From contig NC_086118.1 of the NCBI RefSeq assembly GCF_963921235.1, positions 13,642,001-13,706,000 on the forward strand: a stretch of DNA of 64,000 nt, given 5' to 3'. Within the stretch, counting starts at the first letter, position 1. Each line of letters opens with the position of its first letter. Origin of the DNA: Mobula hypostoma. Taxonomy: Eukaryota. A program made the translations under genes and the position numbers. Shown here one piece after another: positions 13,316 through 25,764 of the stretch. The notes beneath the pieces are model-generated. The model was given only the letters and a program-made list of their open reading frames with translations, was not told where the DNA came from and ran no database searches.

Positions 13316-13744
13316 CTAAGCTCTTTTCATCGTCTTGACCAGATATTCTACATATCTTGTCATCCATTATTCCTTTACTCTACTGACTTTTCCATTCCTC
13401 AATATGACAAACGTATCCAGAAACCCATGCAAATGCTCCCTAAACATCTTTCGCATTTCTGTTGAGCATTTCCCCAAGTACCTCTATTACTAGTTAATGC
13501 TCCAATGTTCCTGCTTAATGGCATCATAATTCCCCTCCCCCAATCAAATACTTTCCAATACCATCTGCTTCCAACCCTCTGCAAGGCTATGGTAAAGCTC
13601 AGAGAGTTGTGGTCACTGCCTCCAGGATGGTCACCCATCAGGAGATCCGATACTTGATCTATCTCATTGCCGAGCATCGGTTACAGTATGGCCTCTTCTC
13701 TAGTCAGTCCCTCTGCGTATAGTGTCAAGAATCCTTCCTGGGTG

Positions 13745-14240
13745 CTTCTACAAAGGGTGATGGGTCTGGCCCAGTACATCATAGATGAAGCCCCCCAACC
13801 ACTGAGCACGTCTGCATGAAACGCTGTCATAGGAAAGAAGCATTTATCATCAGAGATCCTCACCACCAAGACCATGCTCTTTTCTCGCTGCTGCCATCAG
13901 GCAGAAGGTACAAGAGCCTGAGGACTTGCACCTCCAGGTTCTACCTCTCAACCACTGGGCTCTTGTGCAAAAGAGGATAACTAAATTCACTTGTCCTTCT
14001 ACTGAGATGTCCCCACAACCAATGATCTCACTTTAAGGACCCTTTGTCTTGTTATTTCATGTTCTTGTTATTTATTGCTGATTATTTATACTTGCATTTG
14101 CACAGTTTGTTGTCTTCTGGCTGATCTTTCATTGATCCCGTTATATTATCCTACAGATTTGCTGAGTATACCCACAGGAAAATGAATCTTAGAGCTGTAT
14201 GTGGTGACATATACAGTATGTACTATGATAATAAAAATTA
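13745..14240 (+). mobile_element. Rex1/Babar LINE 3' end; others at ~21010-21410(-), ~25260-25545(-), ~59660-60235(+)
   Basis: DPHHQDHALFSLLPSGRRYKSL motif, followed by an AATAAA tail. Confidence 0.7.
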
Positions 14241-15064
14241 ATTAATTACATACTTCAACCCACTGACTGCAATTTTACCCTGTCATCTGCCTATACTTTC
14301 TCACAATCTCTCTACAATCTGTCCCTGGCTGCTGGGAGGCTACATGTCATCTGGGTGTCCCTTTGCTGTCCACAGAATCTCCTGTCTGCTACCCTAAGCA
14401 TTGAAGACCTTATCACCACTGCATTCTTATCCCCCGCCCCCCCCCCCCACCACCCCTTCCATTATGAGCTACAGATCCAGACTCATTGCCAGAAACCTAG
14501 CACTGCAGCTTTCCCCTGCTAGGTTGTCCCCTAGCAGTATCCAAAGTGGTATACCTGTTATTGAGGGGTTGGCCACAGGGGTACTCTATACTGGCTGCCT
14601 ATTCCATTTCCCTCTCCTGACAGTCATCCAACTATCTGCCTCCTACAACCTAGGGGGTGACTACCTTCCTGTAGCACTTATCTATCACCTCCTCAGTTTC
14701 CTGAATGAGCTGTAGGCATTCCAGCTGCAGCTCCAGTTCTGTAACATGGTCTGTAAAGAGCTGCATCTGGGTGCACTTCATGCAGATGTAAATATCAGGG
14801 AGACTGGAGGCGACCTAGAACTCCTACATCTGACATGAAGAACACATGACAAACCCTCACTACTCTAGCTTAGGACTATTAGACAAAGAAAGAAATAATC
14901 TTATCAGAAACTTACCTTAGCCTCTGCCTCTTCTTGCCAAAGCCTCAAGATCTCCACTCTAACACTGACCCACTCCAACAATGGCTGCTCCCACAATGGT
15001 CACTCCACTTAAACCACACTTCTTATTATATGCCTGTGATGAGTGCCTAATGATGATAGATAAA

Positions 15065-15673
15065 CAGACATCCCACCCTGCAAAAACTCGTTTCAGGGAG
15101 GTAGCACCATCAATTTGTGGGAGACTCCCAGAACTTCCGGGAGAGGTGGGATGTCTGCAATAGAGTAGCTCCTTAGCAGCTAGCCAGCTAGTTTAAATAA
15201 TGTTAGCTATGCTAATGAATGAGTGACACCTGTTAAACTCACATCAACACGTCTTTTACAGTCTTAACCCACCATGGGCAATAGAAAAGTCACTGTTGCA
15301 AACAGTGCAGCGAGCAACACTGTCATTATTTTGACCCCTATTAGGCAGGGGTACACTTTAGGGTAGTCTGGGGTGACGTACGTTTTATATTTTTTTTGGA
15401 ACACTCTGCCATAGTGCGCGCTCTCTCTCTCATGGTCGTTCGTACGGTCTCGTTTGCTTTCTCCCTCGCTCGCGCTCTCTCGCTCACTTGCTTGCTCTCA
15501 CTCTTTCTCGTGTGCGCTCTCTCTCGTGGCTGCTCTCGCGCTCTCTCTTGCTTTCTCTCACTCGCTGTCAAAAAAATTGATTTCTGTGATATTGTATATA
15601 ATTTGCGGGCAGCAGGGAGCCACTATTCATATGCAGGAGACTCCCGGAACTTCCAGGAGAGGTGGGATGTCTG
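15065..15673. mobile_element. MITE with 13-bp TIRs (CAGACATCCCACC) and an internal duplicate of its right end
   Basis: TIRs at 15065-15077 and 15661-15673; a second right end terminates at 15157; GATAAA abuts both ends. Confidence 0.75.
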
Positions 15674-17989
15674 GATAAATGGAAGTCTATGTGGGAGGGA
15701 AGGGTTAGATTGATCTTAGAGTAGGTTAATGATAGAACATTGTGGGCTGAAGAGCATGCTGTGCTGTAATATTCTGTGTTCGATTTAATTCAGTTGGTCA
15801 ATCAGCATCAGTGGAAAGAGAAACCTGCTAGTGTTTGTTTCAAAGATGTTTCAACACAACTGAGAAGGAGAGAAAGCCAATTAGTCTAAATGGCAGAGAT
15901 GATGGAGGATAATGGGTGGAACAAAGGATATTTTGTTGTAGGATAAACTGATGTAGCTATTGAATGGACCATAAAGCTCATTTGTCTGTGTAATGTGTTG
16001 CTAATATCCACTGCTTTTCATGGCTTCAGCTGCCCAAGACGTTTTAATAGCCCAACCAACTAATGAAAGAGAAACGGAGTTAATATTTCACTCAACATTC
16101 ACAGCTTTAGCTCCCAGTTGAGCAGAGGAAGCCACCAGCAAGATAGAGAGATAATTCAGCAAAGCCACCTGAAATATTAAAGTAAACCTTGTGACTCTCT
16201 CTGCATTTCAAGCATTGCCAACTAAATTGGACACCAGTAAGCAGAAGGAGACCCCAGAGGAAACTTGTTGATCTACACAATCCACTGGTATTGATCATAG
16301 TCTGCCAACAAATGAGTCCCTCATCCAATGACTAAAATATCTTGCTTTAAATACCTCAGTGGTCTGTAGCTCTCTTTGACATTTCTGGCAAAAACATGAG
16401 ATTTATTAGTGCATGCGCCACTGAGTGAAGATTCTCACATCTGGAGGAGAGAGCTGGAGCCATCTGCTGCCAGACTTTTCTTGTGTTGGTCCAGTGGTTC
16501 TTCTGGCACCTCTCCCTGCCCAGGCACATAGGATGTCCTCCCTAGGATTAATTGTATTGCTAAGACTATCCAGATTTCTTTCTATAAATTCGAGAGCTGT
16601 TTCCCTCTTCCCCCTTCCCTGAAGTCTTGGATTTTTCCATAGTAAATTAACATCGGCACTGCCATGAAGACTGTGGCATTAAGAGATGAAATAGAGAGAG
16701 TTTTGCACTTGAATTAAGGCTGCACAGCTCCGGTTGTAGAGTACAGGAAGAATTTCATGTACCATTTATCATATGGCAATGAGGAGCCACAAGTTCTATG
16801 TCTCATTTGTTTCAACTGCTCTCTGAGCTCTTTCCATCGCACGTATTTGTGTACTTTTCAAAGTCAGGCTTTAATAGCTGATACTCAGAATTCTTGTAAC
16901 ATTGCCTTATGAACCAGAAGTGTTTGTAAAACTTCAGCAATAGCAGCCTCCATCAGGTAATCTACCTGCAGAAGTCCCTTAATTCATGACACCCTCAATC
17001 AAGTGGTCTCGGATATTAAAATATTTTTTTTTCTACTGACAAATCAAGAAAGATTCAAAGTATGTATACATTATACAACGTTGAGGTTTGTCTCCTAACA
17101 GGCAGCCACAAGACAAAAAACCCCAAAAGAACCCATTCAAAAAAAGACCATCAAATACCCAATGTTCAGAGAAAAAAATCATGCAAGCAAATAGCATTCT
17201 GAACGGAAATCCACAAAGAGAGTCCGTCAACAAACCCTTAGTTCAGTGCAGAGCTGAGTACATGTCATGGAACAGTGAGCTGAACCAACCCGTCCCTCAC
17301 CTTAGGCCCCAACACCCTGATCTTTCCAATCTGGCCTCGTGCCTGCATCATCGAGCAAACATTGGGTTCAGTCACTTCGATATGCTCCTGGACCTGGACT
17401 CCTCGGCCGTGATTTGGCCTATACCCAACCTTTTCGATATGGCACGGAGTTTATATTGATCGAATCCTGGGCCTTCCTTACTCTCAGTGATGGGCCGGAT
17501 GCCTCACCTCACCTCACTTCTGCACCCTCATTGCCAAGCTAAATACTTGTAGCAGTCCAGAGCTGAACTAGTGTACAATTTAAGAGAAGATGAATACATT
17601 GCTTCACCATATGTTAATGTCATCTTCTTTACCAATTAAAAATCTGAAATCTCTTGAAAACAAGCATAGGTCATATTTTTATCCATGCTTGTCAGATTAT
17701 TTGTTAATTTTCTGAGGGCATTGCATTTCTGAAAAGGGTTGAACCTAAGAAACAGAGGGTACAGTTGCCTCGCTTTTACTGACCCCAGTACAGTCCTAAC
17801 ATCTGCTGCTGTCTGTGTAGAATTTGCACGTTCTTCTCCCAGATCCTCAGTTTGCTCCCATATCCCAAGCATGTGCAGGTTGGTAGGTTAGTTGTCCACT
17901 GTGAGTTGCATCTAGTGTACAAGTGAGTGGTAGAATTTGGAGCAGTTGAAAGGAAGATGGGAGAAATAAGAGTAGATTATGTAAAGTGG

Positions 17990-18090
17990 AGCAAAACGCA
18001 CAACATGCTGGAGGAACTCAACAGGTCAGGCAGCATCTATAGAAATGAATAAAGAGTCAACATTTTGATCCAAGACCTTTCGTCAAGACA
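17990..18090 (-). mobile_element. PLE pLTR fragment with degenerate HHR
   Basis: rc GTCTTGACGAAAGGTCTTGGATCAAAATGTTGAC...GATGCTGCCTGACCTG. Confidence 0.65.
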
Positions 18091-18102
18091 CACTGTGTAA
18101 AG

Positions 18103-19194
18103 TAGTGGTTGACAACCGGTGGATCGCAATCAACTGGTCGATCTTTGAGACTTTCCCAGTAGATCCCGAAAAAAATGAAAAATAAATACACAAACACTGT
18201 TGTAATGTGAGCATTATAAAAATAGCTAATACTAATTAGGATAATGGTAATATAGCAATACTCCTGTTACTGAAAGCTGTTTGTAAAGAGAGATTGTTTA
18301 CGGGTTGTGGGGTTTTAGTTCTGTTCTTTCTGCCCAGTGCGCAACTGTGTATAGCTCCCCTGCCATGCACCGCGATAGAAAAGACCGGAAGTAAAACCCC
18401 GCAACCCGGAAGCAACCTGTCTTTACAAACAGCTTTCCATAGCAGGAGTATTGCTATATTACAATTATCCTAATTTGTATTAACTTAACTTTAAAATGCT
18501 CACATTACAACACTTCTCCCCCTTTAAATTCTAACATTTCTCAAATGTAAATAACTGGGAAACAAAAAACAGTGGTGTCGTTATCTTGAGTACCTCTGAA
18601 ACCTATGCTAGTGTCTCAGTAACAGCTTACCAATACAAAACATCTGGAAAGCGTGGCAGCTTCAACATTCAGTCTAACAAAGGAAATTGTCCATTCAAAT
18701 ATTCAGTCTGTCAGGAGGTTTGCGAGGGCGCTGTGCTGCAACAGATGAAAATTATGAAATCTAAGTACAGGAGCTGTCTTACTGACAGACACCTCACAGA
18801 CTGTCTCAGACTGACTGTCTGTAGTTATGAGCCAAATTTCAGGGAACTAGCAGAAAGTATTCAGCCCCAGTCATCACACTGAGTGCAACACTCAATTTTT
18901 ATTCATTTATTTTTTGTGTTGAAATAAAATTAAATAATGAAACATAGACTTAAAGGTGTTGTAATGTGAGCATTATAAAAATAAGTAATACTAATTAAGA
19001 TAACAGCAATATAGCAATACTGCTGCTACGGGAAGCTGTTTGTAAAGAGAGATTGTTTCCGGGTTGCGGGGTTTTACTTCTGGTCCTTTCTGCCCGGTGC
19101 GCATGCGTGTGACTAAACGATTTAGTAGCTCGATCTTGCCTTTCACTAAAGCCAAGGTAGGGGATCTTTGGCTTAAAAAGGTTGGCGACCACTA
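18103..19194 (+). mobile_element. Non-autonomous hAT (Buster/SPIN-like) element with 8-bp TSD
   Basis: TIRs TAGTGGTTGACAACC / GGTTGGCGACCACTA; TSD GTGTAAAG at 18095-18102 and 19195-19202; transposase C-terminus MKIMKSKYRSCLTD..CLRL...QPQSSH* (~18745-18882). Confidence 0.9.
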
Positions 19195-19424
19195 GTGTAA
19201 AGTGATTGTCAGATCAAACTCAATGAGACATGGGCTGAATTTCTACATTGTATCTGTCCATGATTGTACACTGCAGAGATGGCATTAATCCATGATAATT
19301 AAATATTGATTACTGTGACAGCCAAAATGCTGTACCTAATTTTGACCCAACTGGCTAATCAGCTTCAGGTGGAAAGTCAGTTTTGTACCCTGTCCAATAT
19401 CACTATATGAGATGAAGGCCTACA

Positions 19425-19970
19425 CTGGTCAGAGTTGGCTATGGATATTGTGTCCTAGTTGTCCAGATACGCAAGCCTGAGTAGTCTGATATGGAGAGCA
19501 ACCTGTTGCCAATGTAGTAAGCTCCCCCTTTCCTTGCAATTGATGAACCCAGAGGAATGGCAGAGACCGACATAGTTTGGAACCAGCAGTGTCACCCGAG
19601 TTGCCAGTCAGCATTGAACTCAATGTAGGACTGCCTTAGGAACTCCAGCTCCGGATTTTTCCCTCGGGTTTTACTCCTGAAGCCTTCCCCATGAATGGGT
19701 ATAGCTACAAAGCAGCAGAGGTTTGAGATCGGAGTTTTCCTTCTCCTAGATGAACTGCCAACCACAGCTGACAAGCTCCATCTGCCGGAAGCGACTGGTT
19801 TCAAGGTGCCAGCAATCCTTCTGCTGTCAGTAGAAATGCTTCTGCTGGGCTTAGCAGCCAGGATCTGGACTTGGTTCTCAGAGGCTATATGAGACACACA
19901 CTATTGGAAGTACTAAATAGGTAGTGGGAGCTTATTCTCATTACCGCCCCTGGCTATAACAACCTTAAGG
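19425..19970 (-). mobile_element. RTE-type 5'UTR-derived repeat
   Basis: rc contains GGCAGTTCATCTAGGAGAAGGAAAACTCCGATCTCAAACC, recalled as an RTE 5'UTR motif. No coding region. Confidence 0.45.
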
Positions 19971-20304
19971 AATCTATCATTCTGTAAGAACTGGCTAATC
20001 TGTCATATTCCCTCTCCTGTGCTGTGAGCTGACATTGAGTACCAGTCTGGTGTTAATACCTAGGGATAGGTTATTTGAGGTTTACTCCAACACCGGGAGA
20101 AAATGAGAAAATGTGCAGTTGCTAGATAATGAGTCCCAACCCATTTCAATAAAACATTGCAGAGGAGGTCATTCTAATAGACCACAGAGATTCAGAGAGT
20201 TCGGCTTTCATTGTATAGCTGAGTATAATTCAAGCCCATCAGACTGAATCTATTCTATAACTAATCATTCACAGATAATGCAAACTGGTCAATATGAATA
20301 CCCA

Positions 20305-20765
20305 AAAGGCTGCAGTTGCTGGAATCTGAACAACACATGAAAGGCTGAAGGAACTCGAGCGGTAAAACAGCATCCACAGAGGGAAATGGACACTCAAGCA
20401 ACATTTGGACTGAAGAACAGAAGAGAGGTAGCCTGTGATGAAAAGGTGGATGGTAGTGGAGGAGCAGGAACAGTCTTTAGCTCAGCCTCACATCTTGCGC
20501 TTCTACCTTTTTCATACAAGTGGTCTCCCGCATCCATCTATCACCTGCCAGAGGAGGGAAGGGATGGAGCAAAAGCCAGCAGGTGATAGGTGAGTCCAGG
20601 TGAGAGCCAGTATCAACATGTGGAGGAAAGGGGTGGAAGTCTGTTTCAACAAATGCTGATGGTCTTGCTGGCTAGCATTTAATCCCGATAAAGTGTCTAG
20701 ACCTGAAATATTGACTACCCACTTCCCTCCACAGATGTGACCCAGTGAATTCCTCCAACATTTCG
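20305..20765. mobile_element. Old inverted PLE terminal fragment
   Basis: Minus pLTR ~20305-20420, purine-rich spacer, plus pLTR ~20680-20765 (CCCGATAAAGTGTCTAGACCTGAAATATTGAC). Confidence 0.55.
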
Positions 20766-22958
20766 ATATGATGACTGCTCAGAAGTTTACTTCATACTTC
20801 CATATTAATTCATGATTTACCAATTAGTCCTTAATAAGTTTCATCTCCTACCATGTATTTGGCAAAATCCTTCTTACTTTTGATAATTATTACATTTCCC
20901 TTACTTCAAATATAATCTTGTTGGTCACCTATGATCCTGCCTTATTTCACTTTGCAGTCAGTTAACAGCACAGAATAGGATCCACTGGTTTCTGCTGCAA
21001 TGTTTCCAAAATCAGAATCAGTTTTAATACCACACGTAAATGTTGTGAAATTTCTGGACTTTGCAGCAGTAGTACATTGAAATTCCTAACAGTAGGAAAA
21101 AACTGTGAATTGCAGTAAGAACATATATATATATAAAATAGTTGAATGAAACAAGCAGTGCAAAAATAGAAACTAAAAAAGTGTTCAAGGGTTCAATGTC
21201 TATTCAGAAATCAGATGGCAGAGGGGAAGAAACTGTTTCTAAATTGCTGAGTGTGTGCCTTTATGCTTCTGTACCTCCTTCCTAATGGCAACAATGACAA
21301 CAAGGCATGACCTGGGTGACGAGGTTCCCAATGATGGAGACTGCCTTTTTGAGGTGTCGCTCCTTGAAGGTGTCCTGTACACTATAGAAGCTAGTACATA
21401 CCCATGATGAAGCATGATAGATGAGAATGCTCTGAATGAATGGAGGTGGTGGGTTTTGCAGAGATTTAACAGAAATCTAAATTCAGCCAGGTTGCTTTGA
21501 TCCCAGGATGATAATAGGTAAATCTTAAAGCTATTAAATCTAATTTGTTTTAATTTACCTGCAATCTGACTACACTATGGCAATATAATTAGGAAATGGT
21601 CTTGATATTTGTGATTTTAAATAAGGTGCAAGCAAAACATAATTAAATATGTGTGTTTTATAATCAATCCATTTTCACTGTAAGTTGAACGGTACAAGCA
21701 ATGCTCTTGAATGTAAAAATCCACTTTAAAATGCTTTTAAGCACTTACCAATTGCACTGCTTCATGGTAGGTTTTAGATATGATGATATGTAAATAGAAA
21801 ATAAATGATGAAAGTCATTTCTCCATACAGGTGGAATTTTGGAAGCTTCTTACTGCAGGCTGGTCCATTGGGCCAGAAGTAGAATTTCTACACCCCACAG
21901 ATTTTACAGTGCTTGACTCATCAGAGTGCTAAGATAAAGTGATTCTTTGCTTTTTCACTGGGACATTTCGATCACTTGTCTTGTTTGCTAGCATTTCATT
22001 TACGGGTACAGTCTGAGGTGACAGATTACATGGAGAGGGCGAAGAGGGAATTGGAAATGAGAAGCGTTTATATTTATTTTCTGCCCATGATATTTCTGAG
22101 GGCAGAAGAAGAGGGATCACAATCGAATTGTTGTCATGGTGCCACAGGCATACTGGTAGGTACATGACAGGTGGTGTGAGCAGTCTAATTAAAAAGTGGC
22201 AGCTGATCAGAAGTAGTCATAGACTCCTGATGCCTGCATAAGAGTATTTCCATTAATGGGGTGAGACTGCTGTAAAAGTGTCTGTACAGTAAAAGACATT
22301 TTGTGATTCACACTCTCATGAATAGATCAAGAGTGTAATGTCCCACCATGCCTGGAAAGAATAAATGTCCCACGAAATGTACAAGTTGTCAGAACAGTGT
22401 TAGAGAAAGAAGTGTCTGATTCCCTGTGTTTTTTTTTGACACTATATCTGATATAATATTGGCCATATTATTGATCCAGAATCAGTTGGAGAAAGAACAC
22501 ATCAGAAAAAGCTCTTCCGTTAAGCAAACAAAGAAAATTGCTGTTTGAACCCGTGTGCATGAATAGAGAGAAAGCAGGCGATGGGGGAAGTTTCTTTATG
22601 TGTTCATTTTCCTGTGTCAAGTGTAATTCAGTTGTAACAGCCTTCTCACTTGAATCTGATTGAGGTAAAAGATAACCCATGCCATTGTGGCTGAATGGCT
22701 GGAAAGTAATTCAGAAATTATGATTATAAAATCGTATCAATCAACTGTTTCAGATATCCTTGATAAGAAGGAGCTAATGTGAAATTTGGTCATAGATCAA
22801 AGAGAAAACTATAATATCGATTGTTTTTATACATGGGGACTTATTAAAAAGTTAAAGCCTCTCAGTTACTAAGGATACTGCTGTCGGCAAAGGGTGACCT
22901 GGTCAGTAGATGTAAGTTACACCTCACTGGATGGACCCCTGAAATGATAATGAGTACA

Positions 22959-23295
22959 CACTCAGTGGCCACTTTATTGGGTACACCTGTACACCTGCTC
23001 ATTAACGCAAACATCTAATCAGCCAATCATGCGGCAGCAACTCGGTGCTTAAAAGCATGAAGACATGGTCGAGATTCAGTCGTTGCTCAGACCAAATATC
23101 AGAATGGGGAAGAAATGTGATCTAAGTGACTTTAATCATGGAATGATTGTTGGTACCAGACGGGATGGTTTGAGTATCTCAGAAACTGCTGATCTCTTGG
23201 ATTTTCACACACAACAATCTCTAGGGCTTACAGAGCATGGTGTGAAAACAAAAAAAAATCCAGTGAGCACCATTTTTGTGAGCAAAAATGCTTCA
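22959..23295 (+). mobile_element. Tc1/mariner 5' fragment (TIR + transposase N-terminal HTH)
   Basis: TIR CACTCAGTGGCCACTTTATT; MGKKCDLSDFNHGMIVGTRRDGLSISETADLL in ORF 23065-23409. Confidence 0.85.
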
Positions 23296-25764
23296 TGTTA
23301 CATACTTCCAGTCCTTTGGTTTCACAACAGAAAGGTTTGGAAAATGATGATCAGAATCTGTGGTATTTCCTCATTTGTTTTTTGTGTTAGGAGGTACTTT
23401 TCACACTGACCTTGCAAGTTATCACCTTTAATAGGTGCTAATCATTTTATCTTACATCTGGTATCCAGTCTCCAACACATCTCCGACATCAGTAGCGCCA
23501 TTGTGAGATAAAAGGATGAGGGCCGAACTTTTATTATTTTATTACACACCCTTCCTGATGCTGTTTTGAATCATCCCTGGCTTATGTATGAAAGCCAGCA
23601 AAATATTTGCTGAGTATCAGTGTGAGAGCGAGCAAGAGAAGAGCAGATGGAAGCAAGACAGAGAGAGAAGGAGAATGGGAGCAAGCAGAGATGTGGTAAA
23701 GTCTTACTGGTTGTGACGTGTGTGGATCAGGTGCCCAGAGAATGTTTCTGAATGAAGCTTGGAATCGATTTTATTCACTGCTGTCTCTCCAACCACCCAC
23801 CACAGAGCCTGAATCCTTATTCTCCCAGAGACAGTCATGAGTAATGAGCAGTATCACTCTGAGTTTACAGTTCCACCTGTAACAATGTGGTGCCTTCACC
23901 TGCCTGAGTGTCCCAGAAATAATGTTCTCAGAGGTGGAAGTCTTCACTCCACTAACCAACACTCATAAACTCTCACTGAACCAAACATTGAAGATTGAGA
24001 GGAGTTTTGGTAGTGGTATACAAAATTATGAGGGATATAGATAGGGTAAATGCAAGCAGGATTTTTCCATTAAGGTTGGGTGGGACTACAACCAGAAGTT
24101 ATGGGCTAAGGGTGAAAGATAAAAATATTTAAGGGAAACATGATGGGAAGCTCTTTCACTCCGAGGGCCATGAGGGTGTAGAATGAGCTGCCAGTGCAAG
24201 TGGTGCATGAAAGCTCAATTTCAATTTCTAAGAGAAGTTTGGATAGGTACATGGATGGTAGGGGTATGGAGGCTGTGATCCTGGAGCAGGTGGATGGGAG
24301 TAGGCAGTTTAAATGGTTCAGCACAGACTAAATGGGCAGAAGGACCTGTTCCTGTGTTGTACTTTTCTAAGACTCTATGGCTCTATTTTCTTCAGTTATG
24401 TGAGCTAGCTTTAAGTGTGGGTCAGTACTTTGAACTGAGTTGTAGTTCATCACAGAAACATACAGCTTTTCTTCCAGATTTAGTGTGAGTGGGTCCAGGA
24501 ATTAGGTGGAGGGTGGAAAGCTGCCATGAATACTGTCCTCTTTCTGAAGTGGAGCTCAGCACAGTCAGTTTGGAGCAGATGCAAAAAAATAGACTTTTGA
24601 TGGAAATGCGACAAAAATGTAATAGAATGCTCTAACAGAATGACAGTGCATAATAACAAATAGAGCATAACTTACAAGAATGCCTTTAGTCCTTACAGTG
24701 GAAACTCAGTGGTCCATTTATTGTAAATAAAGAATGAGACAAAATTATTAATACAGGAAAATGGCTAACCCTCTCTTATTTCCTGTTCCCTATACTGTTA
24801 TGTTATAGATATGCAGTGCTCACATGCATTGACAAAATGTATATGAATTTACAAGATAAGACAGCTCTGAAACACAACGAGGCAATATCATCTCATAAGA
24901 TTTTCCAGGAAACGCATCAATATGACAAGGAGCTAAGACTACCAGGCATTTAATATCTGAATTCCTAATAGAAAAGGATGCTATTTTCAGAAGAGGAACG
25001 CTCTGCTCTTCAAAGGTTCTGATTATTCTCTCTTGCGCATTATATTTAAAAGCTTCTGTGAAAGTAAGTGAGGATTGATTGGCAAGAGGAAAAGGGGTAA
25101 AATGAAATATGGTAATGAAATGAGGCTTTATGAGTCTTTCTATTCAAAGAAAGTGGCAAGAAAAGCAAAATAAAGGACTAAAGTTCAGGGGGATGGAAGA
25201 TATTGACAGTGAATGCTCTGGAGAGAGAAAAGTAAAGGGTTTACACTGGTACCCATCGATATCAGAATCAACATCTGGTTTAATATCATTAGCATATTTG
25301 TTGTCTTTGCATTACAGTAAAATGAAATCCATAATAATACAGTAAGCATATATAAATTAATTAATGAAATTAAATAAGTAGTGCAAAGTAGAAAACAAAA
25401 AGGAGTGAGGTGGTGTTCATGGGTTCAATGCCCATTCAGAAATCGGATGGCAGAGGGGAAGAAGCTGTACCTGAATTGTTGAATCTGTGGCTTCAGGCTT
25501 CTGCTCCTCCTTTCTGTTGGTAGCAATGGGAACTGGGCATGTGCTCAATATCTTCAGGACAATAGTTAGAACGGCAGGATAATCAGATCATGACAAACAT
25601 TTTTGTTTGAAATTGAACCCTGAAGTGATGAGCAAGTGGGATTTGGAACATGGAAAGGTAAAATATTGAAGGAATAAGGATGTTACCGAGTCTGGAGTAC
25701 TCGAGTTATAAGGAGATATTGGATATGCTGCTACTATTTTCCCTGTAAGGAAGGAAGCTGAAGA

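Larger units (their letters stand above)
10895..14950 (-). mobile_element. Stacked and decayed CR1 LINEs (3' ends at ~10895 and ~11255, RT/APE fragments, ORF1 remnant) with nested insertions
   Basis: ORFs 11352-11891 (LVRPHLEYCAQFWSPH), 12069-12296 (PQGSVLGP), 12386-12806, 13399-13677 (SDHN). Tail (TTTCTATG)n at ~11256-11277. Confidence 0.85.

Noticed and set aside
15341..15713. Arg/Glu- and Leu/Ser-rich ORFs
   Set aside because: Translations of a (CT/CG)-rich low-complexity tract inside a MITE.
21750..22700. Non-repetitive stretch with two protein-like minus ORFs
   Set aside because: No continuous frame, recognisable domain or consistent splice pair.
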